A DNA stretch of 32,000 nt from NCBI RefSeq assembly GCF_900187275.1, contig NZ_LT906458.1, forward strand, positions 570,001 through 602,000, given 5' to 3'. The stretch's first letter is position 1; every line of letters begins with the position of its first letter. The notes beneath the pieces are model-generated. The model saw only the letters and a program-made list of their open reading frames with translations. It did no database searches and was not told the origin of the DNA. Both the position numbers and the translations under genes were made by a program. Source of the DNA: Pasteurella multocida. Its GTDB lineage: Bacteria; Pseudomonadota; Gammaproteobacteria; Enterobacterales; Pasteurellaceae. This document shows positions 11,400-22,392 of the stretch, one piece after another.

Positions 11400-11423
11400 A
11401 TAATAAAAATAATTATCATTAAG
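11400..11423. promoter_or_regulatory. Candidate Fur box upstream of the TonB-dependent receptor
   Basis: ATAATAAAAATAATTATCATTAAG resembles the GATAATGATAATCATTATC consensus; 11-34 bp upstream of the receptor ATG. Confidence 0.5.
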
Positions 11424-11433
11424 GTTAATAGTT

Positions 11434-13662
11434 ATGGATAAAAATTTAATGAAGGGATGTGTATTCTTATCAATAGTCGGTTGCGGTATCCAAATAGGGC
11501 TAGCATCAAATCCAAATCCTCCAGATGTGGATGAGTTATTACCTATTATTGTGAATGCTGATGAAGATAATAAATTACCAGGTCGTTCTGTATTAAAACA
11601 GAAAAATATCGATCAACAACAAGCAGATAATGCCGCTGACTTAATAAATATTTTACCTGGGGTAAATATGGCGGGAGGATTTCGCCCTGGTGGTCAAACA
11701 TTAAATATTAATGGAATGGGTGATGCTGAAGATGTTAGAGTTCAACTAGACGGCGCAACAAAAAGTTTCGAAAAATATCAACAAGGCTCTATTTTTATTG
11801 AACCTGAGTTATTAAGAAAGGTGACAGTAGACAAAGGAAATTATTCTCCTCAATATGGCAATGGTGGCTTTGCTGGTACTGTAAAATTTGAAACAAAAGA
11901 TGCAACTGATTTTTTGAAAGAAAATCAGAAAATAGGTGGATTATTTAAATATGGAAATAATAGCAATAATAACCAAAAAACTTATAGTACAGCCCTAGTT
12001 TTACAGAATGAACAAAAAAATATTGATTTGTTATTATTTGGTTCTGTAAGAAATGCAAGCAATTATACAAGACCTGATAAAAGTAAAATTCTTTTTTCAA
12101 AAAACAATCAAAAAAGTGGATTAATAAAAGTAAATTGGCAAATTACTCCTGAACATTTATTAACTTTATCCAGTGTTTATGGCATTCATAAAGGGTGGGA
12201 ACCTTGGGCAGCAAAAAGAGATGTGATGTCGAGACCAACAGAAACAGAAATAAAACACTATGGGATTGATGTTGCGTGGAAACGTAAACTTGTTTATCGA
12301 GATCAAAAAGATGAAAGTTATTCATTGAAATATCGCTATTTACCTGAAAATAATAAGTGGATTAATTTGTCTGTTCAGCTGAGTTATAGTAAAACAGAGC
12401 AGAATGATACTCGCCATGAGAAAGTCACTTCTTCATTCCTAGGTACATTAGGAAATAAAAGTTGGATAACTTATTCAGATCTTACTTTTGATATAAGTAA
12501 CACAAGTACTCTAAATATTGGGCGTGCTGAGCATGAACTACTATTTGGTTTACAGTGGTTAAAAAATAAAAGAAATACCCTTATGTATCATAAAGGGGGA
12601 GTCAAGAAGGCAGACTATAATTATGGCTATTTTCAGCCTTATTATATGCCTTCTGGACGCCAGTATACACAAGCATTTTATTTACAAGATCAAATAAAAT
12701 GGCAGAATTTCCTCTTTACAGGAGGGATAAGATATGACCATATCAATAATATAGGGCAGAAAAATTTAGCGCCACGATATAATGATATCTCTGCAGGACA
12801 TGATTATAGCCAGAAAAATTATAATGGTTGGTCTTATTATTTAGGTCTTAAGTATGATGTAAATCATTATTTAAGTTTATTTACGAATTTTAGTAAAACT
12901 TGGCGAGCCCCTGTTATTGATGAACAGTATGAGACACAATATAGTCAAGCTTCTGTATCTGCGACTTCTTTAAATTTAGAAAAAGAAATGATTAATCAAA
13001 CCAGAGTGGGTGGAATTATTACTCTCAATCATCTATTTCAGGAAAATGATGCTTTTCAATTTAGAACTACTTATTTTTACAATCGCGGCAAGAATGAAAT
13101 CTTCAAAACGAGAGGGGTTAACTGCGTAGAAAATGCTTTAGATGTTGATAATAGTGTTTGTCCTAAAATTATTAGTAATTACCGTAATTTACCTGGTTAT
13201 GTTATTCAAGGAGCGGAATTAGAAGCTTATTATCAATCATCGTATTTATTTGGTGGACTGACATACTCTTATGTAAAAGGAAAACGCGATACTTCACCAA
13301 GAAATCCATGGAGTAAAACATCTACATGGATCGCAGAAACACCACCTAGAAAAGCAACCGCTACTTTAGGTTTTAATATTCCGGAATATTATTTTACGGC
13401 AGGTTGGCGTGCTGAGTTTGTGAGAAAGCAAGATAGATCACCACTATCTAATGATTCTAAAGCATCATATTGGGCATTACCTTCTTCAAAAGGATATAGC
13501 CTACATAGTGTATTCTTCTCTTGGAGTCCTACAAAGATTAAAGGAATGAATTTCAAAGTTACTGTTGATAATTTATTTAACCGACCCTATTATCCTTACT
13601 TAGGAGAATTAGCTTCAGGAACAGGTAGGAATGTCAAATTTAGCCTGACTCAGCAATTTTAA
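11434..13662 (+). CDS. TonB-dependent outer-membrane receptor, haem/haemoglobin receptor type
   Basis: 742 aa with N-terminal signal peptide, plug domain (NINGMGDAEDVRVQLDG), WRAP motif, C-terminal NLFNRPYYPYLGELASGTGRNVKFSLTQQF ending in aromatic F. Confidence 0.85.
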   Translation: MDKNLMKGCVFLSIVGCGIQIGLASNPNPPDVDELLPIIVNADEDNKLPGRSVLKQKNIDQQQADNAADLINILPGVNMAGGFRPGGQTLNINGMGDAEDVRVQLDGATKSFEKYQQGSIFIEPELLRKVTVDKGNYSPQYGNGGFAGTVKFETKDATDFLKENQKIGGLFKYGNNSNNNQKTYSTALVLQNEQKNIDLLLFGSVRNASNYTRPDKSKILFSKNNQKSGLIKVNWQITPEHLLTLSSVYGIHKGWEPWAAKRDVMSRPTETEIKHYGIDVAWKRKLVYRDQKDESYSLKYRYLPENNKWINLSVQLSYSKTEQNDTRHEKVTSSFLGTLGNKSWITYSDLTFDISNTSTLNIGRAEHELLFGLQWLKNKRNTLMYHKGGVKKADYNYGYFQPYYMPSGRQYTQAFYLQDQIKWQNFLFTGGIRYDHINNIGQKNLAPRYNDISAGHDYSQKNYNGWSYYLGLKYDVNHYLSLFTNFSKTWRAPVIDEQYETQYSQASVSATSLNLEKEMINQTRVGGIITLNHLFQENDAFQFRTTYFYNRGKNEIFKTRGVNCVENALDVDNSVCPKIISNYRNLPGYVIQGAELEAYYQSSYLFGGLTYSYVKGKRDTSPRNPWSKTSTWIAETPPRKATATLGFNIPEYYFTAGWRAEFVRKQDRSPLSNDSKASYWALPSSKGYSLHSVFFSWSPTKIKGMNFKVTVDNLFNRPYYPYLGELASGTGRNVKFSLTQQF

Positions 13663-13704
13663 AATATAGCCCGATTGAATCCAAATCGGGCTATATTTTT
13701 TTAT
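13661..13704. terminator. Bidirectional terminator between the receptor gene and trpA
   Basis: Perfect 16-bp stem AAAATATAGCCCGATT (13661-13676) / AATCGGGCTATATTTT (13684-13699), T tract on plus strand and A/T-rich flanks on both. Confidence 0.88.
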
Positions 13705-14507
13705 GTGGTCGCTTGTTTCATTTTTTGCGTAAACTGCGCTAGTTCAGCTAAGCAGGCTTGTGGGTCATGGCGATATTTTTCAATAATTTGAACGGTAGCA
13801 GAACCCGAAATGGCACCATTGACGCCCATTTTTAACACATCGCTAACTTGCTGTGGTTGCGAAATACCAAAGCCTTGCAAAATAGGGGGAGCTTGATAGG
13901 CTTTGAGGCGCTCGACGAGTGTTTTTAAGTTGCCAGCAGATTGTTGATTTTCTACTCCTGTTACACCTGAACGAGAAACTAAATAGGTGTAACCTTGTGT
14001 TTGTTGAGCGACACGTTTGATCGTGTCTTCACAGGCATTAGGCGGACAGATAAAAACCTGCTGAATGCTATATTTTTCAGCCATAACCGTAAACTCTCGA
14101 TGGGCGAATAATGGTAAATCCGCAATTAATACCGCATCCACGCCCACTTCAGCACAACGTTGATAAAAACGTTCAATGCCTTGTGCATAAACCAGATTGG
14201 CACAAAGCAGTAAACTTATTGGTAGTGTCGGATAAGTTGATCGTACTTGTGTTAATAACTGAAAACTGGCATCTGTGCTACAACCTGCGGCTAACGCACG
14301 TTGGTTAGCGGCTTGAATCACTGGACCATCTAACATCGGATCAGAAAAAGGAAAGCCTAATTCTAAGGCGTCTGCACCATTTTCCACTAAGGTTTGAATA
14401 ATCTCAAATGACTGTGCCAGATTAGGATCGCATAGCGTGACAAAAGGGACAAATGCACCTTGTTGTTTTTGTTGTAATTGTGAAAAGAGGGTATCAAAAC
14501 GGCGCAT
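13701..14507 (-). CDS. trpA: Tryptophan synthase alpha subunit
   Basis: [57 protein letters not shown]. Confidence 0.95.
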   Translation of the reverse strand: MRRFDTLFSQLQQKQQGAFVPFVTLCDPNLAQSFEIIQTLVENGADALELGFPFSDPMLDGPVIQAANQRALAAGCSTDASFQLLTQVRSTYPTLPISLLLCANLVYAQGIERFYQRCAEVGVDAVLIADLPLFAHREFTVMAEKYSIQQVFICPPNACEDTIKRVAQQTQGYTYLVSRSGVTGVENQQSAGNLKTLVERLKAYQAPPILQGFGISQPQQVSDVLKMGVNGAISGSATVQIIEKYRHDPQACLAELAQFTQKMKQATT

Positions 14508-15702
14508 GTGAAACTCCTTTTTGCGATAAAATGCGATCTACGGTGAAAATATCTTTATCACCTCGTCCAGATAAATTGACCACCAAGAGTTGTTCTTTTT
14601 CAGGCTGGCGCTGAATCAGTTTTAAGGCATAAGCGAGGGCATGAGCACTTTCTAATGCGGGAATAATGCCTTCATGGCGTGCTAAGGCTTGGAAGGCGGA
14701 TAAGGCTTCATCATCGGTAATGGATTCATATTGGGCACGCCCAATCGCTTGTAAATGTGCGTGCTGTGGACCAACGGAAGGAAAATCAAGTCCTGCTGAA
14801 ATCGAATACGATTCTTCAATTTGTCCATCTGGTGTTTGCATTAATGGCGCTTTCATACCAAAGTAGATTCCTGTTGTGCCATGACCTAGCGGAGCGCCAT
14901 GTTGTCCAGTGGCAATTCCTTTGCCCGCTGGTTCAACACCAATTAAACGTACGCTGGTTTCCTCGATAAAGTCATTGAACATACCAATGGCATTTGAACC
15001 CCCACCAACCGCAGCAATGATTGCATCAGGTAAACGCCCTTCGCGTGCTAGAATTTGTTGCTTGGTTTCTTCACCAATGATTTTTTGGAACTCACGCACG
15101 ATAGTAGGAAAGGGATGAGGACCTGCTGCCGTGCCGAGTAAATAATGGGTGTGTTCATAGTTTTCTGCCCAATCACGCATGGCTTCACAGCAGGCGTCTT
15201 TTAATGAGGCTGAGCCTTTCGTTACCGCAGTCACATTCGCCCCCATTAAACGCATACGAAATACATTCGGCGATTGACGTTCAACATCTTTTGCGCCCAT
15301 GTAGATTTGGCATGGCATGCCGAGCATGGCACAAGCGAGAGCTGTTGCTACGCCATGTTGTCCCGCCCCCGTTTCCGCAATAATACGGGTTTTCCCCATC
15401 CGTTTCGCTAATAAGATTTGCCCTAATACTTGATTGGTTTTATGTGCACCGCCATGCAATAAATCTTCACGCTTCAGGTACAGTTTGGTTTTACTGCCTT
15501 GAGTGAGATTGCGACAGCGAGTCAGCGCAGTTGGGCGACCTGCATAGTTCTTCAATAAATCGAGGAAGGTTTCTTTAAATGTGGGATCTCGTTGTGCCTC
15601 AACAAAGGCTTTTTCGAGATTTTTCAACACCGGCATCAGAATTTCGGGAACATACATTCCTCCAAATTCGCCGAAATAGGGATTAAGTAAGGTTTCTGAC
15701 AT
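14494..15702 (-). CDS. trpB: Tryptophan synthase beta subunit
   Basis: [54 protein letters not shown]; start ATG at 15702 with AAAGGA RBS; overlaps trpA by 14 nt. Confidence 0.95.
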   Translation of the reverse strand: MSETLLNPYFGEFGGMYVPEILMPVLKNLEKAFVEAQRDPTFKETFLDLLKNYAGRPTALTRCRNLTQGSKTKLYLKREDLLHGGAHKTNQVLGQILLAKRMGKTRIIAETGAGQHGVATALACAMLGMPCQIYMGAKDVERQSPNVFRMRLMGANVTAVTKGSASLKDACCEAMRDWAENYEHTHYLLGTAAGPHPFPTIVREFQKIIGEETKQQILAREGRLPDAIIAAVGGGSNAIGMFNDFIEETSVRLIGVEPAGKGIATGQHGAPLGHGTTGIYFGMKAPLMQTPDGQIEESYSISAGLDFPSVGPQHAHLQAIGRAQYESITDDEALSAFQALARHEGIIPALESAHALAYALKLIQRQPEKEQLLVVNLSGRGDKDIFTVDRILSQKGVSHAPF

Positions 15703-15776
15703 GGTTATTCCTTTAAACAATATAATGATAAATCGTTGTGATGGATAAAATTGAAACTATTTCACTTTTAAATATT

Positions 15777-15810
15777 GCACTATTAAACTAGTTCAGAATA
15801 CAAAAAGCAA
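15777..15810 (-). promoter_or_regulatory. trpB promoter with overlapping TrpR-like operator
   Basis: Minus strand TTGCTT-N17-TTTAAT; operator core ACTAGTTTAATAGT (15779-15792). Confidence 0.78.
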
Positions 15811-15849
15811 GTGTTTTATGAAAAATAACGAAAACGTGGTGAAAAAAGA

Positions 15850-15878
15850 GAAAAAAGGTGCCAATGACTTCGCACCTT
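15850..15878 (-). terminator. Candidate terminator downstream of the YdfG-like gene
   Basis: Minus strand AAGGTGC-10 nt-GCACCTT followed by TTTTCTCTTTTTT. Confidence 0.6.
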
Positions 15879-15903
15879 AGCATGATGAAAGGAATTGCAG
15901 GAA

Positions 15904-16662
15904 TTATTTCGTTTGTTTGACGACATTGAGTGGCGCGCTACTTTGCGCTGTTGGCATCACTTCAATGCGGTTAATGTTGACGTGTTCAGGCTGTTGATTT
16001 GCCCACAAGACAATATTGGCAATATCTTCAGGAGTAACAAACTGCACATCTTCATATAATTTTGCGGCGCGTTGATCATCGCCTTTGAATCGCACATTGG
16101 AAAACTCCGTCCCTCCGCATAATCCCGGTTCAATATTGGTCACACGAATGGCGGTGCCTGCGAGATCGGCACGTAAGTTTAAGCTAAATTGTTTGATAAA
16201 GGCTTTGCTTGCGCCATAAACATTGCCACCCGGATATGGGTAAGTCCCTGCAATCGATCCTAAATTAATAATATGTCCTTGATTGCGACTGACCATTTGC
16301 GGTAGCAGTAGGCGAGTGACGGTGACTAATCCTGTGATGTTGGTGTTGATCATTTGTATCCAGTCATCTAATTCAGCTTTATCAGCACGATCAAGCCCTA
16401 ATGCTAACCCCGCATTATTGACTAAAAGATCTACTGCTTGCCAGGTTTGAGGCAGGTTGTTAATCGCTTTTTCTGTGGCGTGGCGATCGCAGAGATCAAA
16501 GGCAAGTGGCAAAAAATCGGCACCAAATTCTTGCTGTAATGCGGCTAAACGTTCAGCACGTCGCCCTGTGCCAATCACGTTGTAATTATGCTGAATTAAT
16601 GTACGACAAATCGCGGTGCCAAATCCGGCAGTGGCACCGGTCACTAATGCAATTTTTTTCAT
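15904..16662 (-). CDS. ydfG: Short-chain dehydrogenase, YdfG-like (NADP-dependent 3-hydroxy acid dehydrogenase family)
   Basis: Rossmann TGATAGFG, NNAG, YGASKAFIKQFSLNLRADL active site, VTNIEPGLCGGTEFSNVRFKGD. Confidence 0.8.
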   Translation of the reverse strand: MKKIALVTGATAGFGTAICRTLIQHNYNVIGTGRRAERLAALQQEFGADFLPLAFDLCDRHATEKAINNLPQTWQAVDLLVNNAGLALGLDRADKAELDDWIQMINTNITGLVTVTRLLLPQMVSRNQGHIINLGSIAGTYPYPGGNVYGASKAFIKQFSLNLRADLAGTAIRVTNIEPGLCGGTEFSNVRFKGDDQRAAKLYEDVQFVTPEDIANIVLWANQQPEHVNINRIEVMPTAQSSAPLNVVKQTK

Positions 16663-16697
16663 TTTTACCTCAGGTATAAGTTATCACGCTGTTTAAC

Positions 16698-18107
16698 TTA
16701 GCGGAGTTGAGCAAAAGCTGCAACGACTTTTTGGTGTGATTTTACACCAGGATAAGTTTCAAGCCCTGAATTTAAATCCAGTCCTAAACAGCCTTGAGCG
16801 AGCGCCAGAGGGATATTTTCTGGTGTAATACCACCAGCTAACATACTTTTTGGTTTTAAGTGATGAGGGATCAATTGCCAATCAAATGTTTTCCCCGTTC
16901 CGCCACGTTGTTGATGCGTTTTACTGTCAAAAATATAACGATCAATATTTTCATTTTCTACGATTTGACACGGACTGGTGCCGCTACTCTCAATGCAAAT
17001 GGCGCGCCAAATTTCACAATTCACTGGCAATTCATCGCGTAATTGGCGAATGAATTCGTGGCTTTCGTTGCCATGTAATTGGACGGCGTGGAGTCTTAAT
17101 TGAGTTGCAAGGTGACAGATAAACGCTATGGATTGATCTTGAAATACCCCAACAAAGCGCAATGGGGCTTGTGTGACTAATTCTTGGGCTTGACGTAAGC
17201 TAATACAACGTTTTGAGTGTGTCACAAAAATCAGTCCACCGTAAAGTGCACCTTGCTGGTAAACCGCTCTTACATCTTGTGGACGGGTGAGCCCACAAAC
17301 TTTATGTTCCCCAAAAAGAAGTGAGCGTACCGCATGATTTAAATCTGCGTGTTGCATTAAACTACTGCCAATTAAAAAACCGTCGGCAACATGGCGTAAG
17401 TCTCGAATTTGTTGGTGTTGATAGATACCAGATTCACTGATAATTTTGGTTCTAGGAGGAATCTGATCGGCATAGTGTTGAGTGATCTGGGCAACACGTT
17501 GTATGTCTACACTGAGATCATGTAAATTCCGATTATTGACACCAATCACTTTCGCTTTTAACGCTAATGCGCGCGCAAATTCTGCCTCATTACTGGTTTC
17601 AGTTAAAACGCCCATCCCTAATTGGTGTGCTAATGTGGCTAATTGTGTATAGCGTTCATCATTAAGAACGGAAAGCATCAATAAAATGGCATCAGCTTGT
17701 GCGTATCGTGCTAAATATACTTGGTATTCGGATAAGATAAAATCTTTACATAAAATCGGTTGTGTCACGCGTTGGCGTACTTGAGCAATATCAGCAAAAT
17801 GCCCTTGAAAATATTTTTCATCGGTTAAGACGGAAATGACCGTAGCATAGTGTTGATAAACCTCGGCAATCTCGGTTAAATCGAACGCTGCACGAATTAA
17901 GCCTTTTGAGGGAGAGGCTTTTTTACATTCTAAGATATATGAAGGGCGTTGTTTTGAGCCTTGTTGCATCGCTTGATAAAAGTCACGATCACTACGTTCT
18001 AGCTGATCTTGAAAGCTTGCTAAAGGCAATTGTGCTTGTTTTTCTGCAATCCAAGTGGTTTTATCTTGAATGATTTTTTGCAGAATAGAGGGAAGCGCTT
18101 GTGTCAT
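16698..18107 (-). CDS. trpCF: Bifunctional indole-3-glycerol phosphate synthase / phosphoribosylanthranilate isomerase
   Basis: N-half [35 protein letters not shown]; C-half [26 protein letters not shown]. Confidence 0.95.
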   Translation of the reverse strand: MTQALPSILQKIIQDKTTWIAEKQAQLPLASFQDQLERSDRDFYQAMQQGSKQRPSYILECKKASPSKGLIRAAFDLTEIAEVYQHYATVISVLTDEKYFQGHFADIAQVRQRVTQPILCKDFILSEYQVYLARYAQADAILLMLSVLNDERYTQLATLAHQLGMGVLTETSNEAEFARALALKAKVIGVNNRNLHDLSVDIQRVAQITQHYADQIPPRTKIISESGIYQHQQIRDLRHVADGFLIGSSLMQHADLNHAVRSLLFGEHKVCGLTRPQDVRAVYQQGALYGGLIFVTHSKRCISLRQAQELVTQAPLRFVGVFQDQSIAFICHLATQLRLHAVQLHGNESHEFIRQLRDELPVNCEIWRAICIESSGTSPCQIVENENIDRYIFDSKTHQQRGGTGKTFDWQLIPHHLKPKSMLAGGITPENIPLALAQGCLGLDLNSGLETYPGVKSHQKVVAAFAQLR

Positions 18108-18143
18108 TGTTAGGTTCTCTTAATAATAAGTCATCAAAACGAA

Positions 18144-19145
18144 TTAATATTGGGTAAGTTGTTGTAAAGTCTCAAATGGTTTGCCTGTGGCGATAATATC
18201 CATAATCGCTTGTGCATTTTGTTTGAGGTTTGGATAGCCAAATAAGCTCATCAACATGGCACTATTCATTGCCACTGCTTGTTGGTGTGCCAATTTACCT
18301 TTGCCTTGTAAAAGTGCGGTCAGAATTTGGGCATTTTCGCTAGGCTTTCCGCCACGTAATGTCTCAAGTGGCTGTGGCTGAAAACCAAAATCTTGTGGGG
18401 TAAGTGTATAACGTTCAATTTGTCCTGCTTTGATTTCAGCGACTTCGGTCACACCATGTAGTGCAATTTCATCTAAGCCTGAGCCATGTACCACTACGCT
18501 ATGCTCATGTCCCAAACGGGCAACCGTTTCTGCATAAGGTTGAATTAAATCAGATGAATACACACCAAGTAACTGCCGTTTGGGTTTGGCTGGATTGATC
18601 AAGGGACCTAAGATATTAAAAATAGTGCGTGTTTTAAGTGCTTGGCGGACAGGAATCGCATGTTGAAACCCCAGATGATATTGTGGGGCAAAAAGAAAAC
18701 ATAAGCCAATTTCATCCAACGCTTGTCTGGCTTTGTGAGCTGATATATGGACATTCACCCCTAAGGCAGTTAACAGATCACTGGCGCCCGTTTGACTCGA
18801 AACACTACGATTACCATGTTTTGCGACTTTTAGTCCATAACTGGCCGCTACAATTGCTGAAGCTGTAGAAATATTAATGGTATTGGCGCCATCTCCTCCC
18901 GTGCCGACAATATCAGCAAAAGGGTAGTCTGGAATGGGAAAGGATTCGGCATCAGCTTGTAATGCGGTGACGGCACCACTGATTTCTTCAGGGGTTTCAC
19001 CGCGCAGTTTAAGGGCAATTAATGCAGCACTGAGTTGTGAGTTATCCAATTGTCCACGTACGATAGCGGTGAAAAGAAATTCGGTTTGTTGTTGGTTTAA
19101 CGCTTTTTTTTCAAAGAGTTGGTGAAGTAACTGCTCGGTTTGCAT
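18144..19145 (-). CDS. trpD: Anthranilate phosphoribosyltransferase
   Basis: [18 protein letters not shown]..., [38 protein letters not shown]; start at 19145 preferred because the ORF upstream extension is low-complexity. Confidence 0.95.
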   Translation of the reverse strand: MQTEQLLHQLFEKKALNQQQTEFLFTAIVRGQLDNSQLSAALIALKLRGETPEEISGAVTALQADAESFPIPDYPFADIVGTGGDGANTINISTASAIVAASYGLKVAKHGNRSVSSQTGASDLLTALGVNVHISAHKARQALDEIGLCFLFAPQYHLGFQHAIPVRQALKTRTIFNILGPLINPAKPKRQLLGVYSSDLIQPYAETVARLGHEHSVVVHGSGLDEIALHGVTEVAEIKAGQIERYTLTPQDFGFQPQPLETLRGGKPSENAQILTALLQGKGKLAHQQAVAMNSAMLMSLFGYPNLKQNAQAIMDIIATGKPFETLQQLTQY

Positions 19146-19183
19146 GTTTTTTCCTTTTAAATCTATTTTTATTTTGTAATTTA

Positions 19184-19217
19184 AAACTATTAAACTAGTA
19201 CAAAATGATAATGTCAA
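19184..19217 (-). promoter_or_regulatory. trpD promoter with overlapping TrpR-like operator
   Basis: Minus strand TTGACA (19217-19212)-N17-TTTAAT (19194-19189); operator core ACTAGTTTAATAGT. Confidence 0.85.
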
Positions 19218-19227
19218 GGGGGAAATT

Positions 19228-19256
19228 TTGCATCCAATAGAAAAATACGGTATATC
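19228..19256 (+). promoter_or_regulatory. Candidate promoter for the AEC-family transporter
   Basis: TTGCAT-N17-TATATC upstream of ATG 19313. Confidence 0.45.
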
Positions 19257-19312
19257 TTGATCAAAATAGTATAAAAACAACGCAGACAAGGATGATTGCA
19301 GGAGGAAAACAA

Positions 19313-20197
19313 ATGTCACTTAGTATTTTATCGCCTTTGCTTTATCTGTTCATTGGCATGTTTTTGGCGCGTTTTCCTCTTAATATTAAAGGAAAAATCT
19401 CTATTTTTTTGACTAAATGTGTGATCCCAGCTGTCATTGTGTATAACATCGCCACCTATAAAAAAGGCTTCTTAGTTATTATGTTGGGAACCATGTTAAT
19501 GCTCTTGATATTATTTCTGATTAGCCGTGTTTATCAAGAGAATCCCGTTAAACGCCTTTGTTTCTTTTATTTAAATATTGCTTGGTTCGGCTTACCTATT
19601 GGTAATGCTATTTGGGGCAGCGAAGCGGCGATGATTTTGATTAGTGTCTATATTGGGAGTTCACTGTTTTGCAATTCTGCTTGTGTTAGTTTGATGTCAA
19701 GCGGTACGACATGGAAAAAGCAACTAAGTCAACTCGCGACATCACCGCCCGTGCTGGCTTTAATGCTCGGTATTGTCGCTATGCCTGTGGGTGAATGGAT
19801 AGAGCGTCAATGTGTTTTCCTATATGAAAGTTTAAAATTTACTATGACCTTTTTAGGGATGATGCTGTTGGGAATGTGGTTAGCAAGTACAAAACTCAAG
19901 CAAGCTGATTTTAAAGAAGCCATGGTCTTGTTTGTGTTTAGAATGCTCACGATTGCGTTATTGGTTTCGGTTTTTCTTCATCTCGCAGACTTTTATGAAT
20001 TTGAGCTCATTATTCAAAATAAGCCTGTCTTTTATTTATTGAGTTTTCTGCCACCTGCCGCGAATTTGATTATTTTAGAAACCTATTATTTAAACACAGG
20101 CACATCGGCTAGCCGAATTGCCTGTGGAACTATTATCAGTCTGATAGCAATCAGTATTTATGTGACAGGGTTACTTATCTTTTCATCACCCACCTAA
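19313..20197 (+). CDS. AEC (auxin efflux carrier)-family permease
   Basis: About 10 hydrophobic segments; family-like C-terminal region [19 protein letters not shown]; AGGAGG RBS before ATG 19313. Confidence 0.72.
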   Translation: MSLSILSPLLYLFIGMFLARFPLNIKGKISIFLTKCVIPAVIVYNIATYKKGFLVIMLGTMLMLLILFLISRVYQENPVKRLCFFYLNIAWFGLPIGNAIWGSEAAMILISVYIGSSLFCNSACVSLMSSGTTWKKQLSQLATSPPVLALMLGIVAMPVGEWIERQCVFLYESLKFTMTFLGMMLLGMWLASTKLKQADFKEAMVLFVFRMLTIALLVSVFLHLADFYEFELIIQNKPVFYLLSFLPPAANLIILETYYLNTGTSASRIACGTIISLIAISIYVTGLLIFSSPT

Positions 20198-20213
20198 GTG
20201 TGTTCGAAGGTGT

Positions 20214-20801
20214 TCAGATTTCATGCGCCAACAGCCATTCAATAGACTGCGCTAATAACTGTGAACCTTGCACTGTTAAGATGCTTTCTGGATGAAATTG
20301 AAAACTACAAATCGGCAAATGTTTATGTCGAATAGCCATGATAATGTTATGGTAGGTTGCGTTCACAATAAATTCGTCAGATAAATCAACGCCCATTAAG
20401 GAGTGGTATCGTGCGACGGGCATTGGATTTGGTAAGTGTGCAAACATCATTTGCTGATCGTGTGTAATGTTTGACACTTTGCCATGTAAGACTTCGCCTG
20501 CATGGATTACTTTACCACCAAATGCTTCAACAATCGCTTGATGACCTAAACAAATGCCAATCATTCTAACCTTTTGTTTTAAACGCTGAATCAGGGGTAA
20601 CATATTACCCGCTTGTTGCGGTGTACTCGGACCAGGTGAAAGCGCTAGAATCGTATTGGGGTGGGCAAGTGTAACCTGTTCTAATACATCGAGATCACAA
20701 TCATTACGATAGATGTGGACTTGATGTCCTAAACAACGCAACTGATCCACTAAGTTATAGGTAAAGGAGTCAAAATTATCTAAAAATACAATCTTTGCCA
20801 T
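20214..20801 (-). CDS. trpG: Anthranilate synthase component II (glutamine amidotransferase)
   Basis: MAKIVFLDNFDSFTYNLVDQL, SPGPSTPQQAG, GICLGHQAI, FQFHPESILT. Confidence 0.94.
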   Translation of the reverse strand: MAKIVFLDNFDSFTYNLVDQLRCLGHQVHIYRNDCDLDVLEQVTLAHPNTILALSPGPSTPQQAGNMLPLIQRLKQKVRMIGICLGHQAIVEAFGGKVIHAGEVLHGKVSNITHDQQMMFAHLPNPMPVARYHSLMGVDLSDEFIVNATYHNIIMAIRHKHLPICSFQFHPESILTVQGSQLLAQSIEWLLAHEI

Positions 20802-20811
20802 ACTGCTGTCC

Positions 20812-22362
20812 TTATGCTTGACGAGGTGTTTGGTGAGTTTGAACAATCGCGTTAATCACGGCTTGTGCTTTGTGTCGTGTTTCATCGGCTTCTTTTTGCG
20901 GATCTGAATCGAGCACTTCGCCACAACCGGCTTGGATGTAGGCAATACCTTGTTGCACAAAGGCAGAACGTATCACAATACACGTGTCTAAATCGCCATT
21001 CGAAGCGAGATACCCTACCGCACCGCCATAACTATGTCGTTTTTGTTGTTCAACTTGATAGAGCAGTTGCATTGCTTTAATTTTTGGGGCACCAGTGAGT
21101 GTCCCCATGTTCATGCAAGCTTGATAGGCATGTAACGCATCTAATTCAGGTCGTAATTTGCCCACCACGCGAGAAACTAAGTGCATAATGTGAGAATAGC
21201 GATCTACCTGCATTAAATCCGCCACTTGGCGTGTCCCGGTTTCACAAACCCGTGCAATATCATTACGGGCTAAATCCACTAACATCAAATGTTCTGCGAG
21301 TTCTTTTTGATCTAAACGTAATTCCAGTTCTAAGCGAGCGTCCAATTCTGGATCAATCTGACCATTGGGATAAAAACCGCGCGGGCGTGAACCCGCAATC
21401 GGATAAATCTCGAGCTGACGGGTTTGCTGTGTATATTTCAATGCACTTTCTGGTGAGGCGCCAAAGAGAGTAAAGTCTTCATCTTGCATAAAGAACATAT
21501 AAGGGCTCGGATTCGTGTGTTTCAGCTGTCGGTAACTTGCCAATGTATTTGGACAGGCTAACGAAAAGCGACGGGAAGGCACAATTTGAAATACATCACC
21601 TTGATAAAGATGTTGTTTTAATACCTGAATAATTTGTTTAAATTGCACGTCATCAAGGTTCGTTGTCAGCGTAGTGTCCGCCGAAACACAATGTAAGTGC
21701 GGTTCAATATTTGCAAATTTTTGTATTATCTGATCAGCTTGTTGCTGTAGCGCTGTTTGATATTGTGGCGCAAAACAGAAACTGTGTAGCTGAGCTTGTT
21801 GTAATTGATGATCGAGTGTTAATTGATGTTCCGCTAAGTAGAAACAATAGTCAGGGCAATCGAGCCCATCCTCTTGTAATTGAATGTTATCCATAGGGAT
21901 AAATTGGGTCACTAAATCATAAGCAAATAAGCCGCCTAACAGAACGGGGACCTCACTATGTTGATAAAGTGAGAGCAGGGCACGTAGCGCATCAAAACAA
22001 GTTGAAGCATGTAATTTGTTGTCTTCATCAAGGTTTTTGTCAAGTTTTGGAAAGATAACTGAGAATTGACTCTCTGTGACTGCACTAATTTCATAGTGAC
22101 ATTGTAACTTCTCCATAAGTGTATGCAAAACAGCGACGCCATTTTGTGTTTTAGCGCAGAAGGTCACACGTAATCCATGACAGGTAATTTTTAGTGCGGG
22201 TTGTATAACTAAGAGGCTTTTTAAACTGTTTTTACTGTGAATTTCAGCAGATTCGAGTAACAGCGTGTTGGTTTTATCCTGACAGAGTGCCGCAAAAACA
22301 TGTGTTGGATCGGCGTAATAAGGTAATGATTGAGTTAAGGTATGAATAAAAGCGAATGACAT
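20812..22362 (-). CDS. trpE: Anthranilate synthase component I
   Basis: DVFQIVPSRRF, GTLTGAPKIKAM, GCGEVLDSDPQKEADETRHKAQAV; 516 aa. Confidence 0.95.
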   Translation of the reverse strand: MSFAFIHTLTQSLPYYADPTHVFAALCQDKTNTLLLESAEIHSKNSLKSLLVIQPALKITCHGLRVTFCAKTQNGVAVLHTLMEKLQCHYEISAVTESQFSVIFPKLDKNLDEDNKLHASTCFDALRALLSLYQHSEVPVLLGGLFAYDLVTQFIPMDNIQLQEDGLDCPDYCFYLAEHQLTLDHQLQQAQLHSFCFAPQYQTALQQQADQIIQKFANIEPHLHCVSADTTLTTNLDDVQFKQIIQVLKQHLYQGDVFQIVPSRRFSLACPNTLASYRQLKHTNPSPYMFFMQDEDFTLFGASPESALKYTQQTRQLEIYPIAGSRPRGFYPNGQIDPELDARLELELRLDQKELAEHLMLVDLARNDIARVCETGTRQVADLMQVDRYSHIMHLVSRVVGKLRPELDALHAYQACMNMGTLTGAPKIKAMQLLYQVEQQKRHSYGGAVGYLASNGDLDTCIVIRSAFVQQGIAYIQAGCGEVLDSDPQKEADETRHKAQAVINAIVQTHQTPRQA

Positions 22363-22392
22363 AGTATATGTGTGTCCTTTTTTTGTAATTTT

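Noticed and set aside
14111-15118. Overlapping small ORFs within trpA/trpB
   Set aside because: Shadow ORFs of conserved trp genes, no independent RBS or motif support.
20198-20213. Terminator between the AEC transporter and trpG
   Set aside because: The only inverted repeat nearby (CACCT ... AGGTG) is 5 bp with a long loop and no T tract; insufficient.
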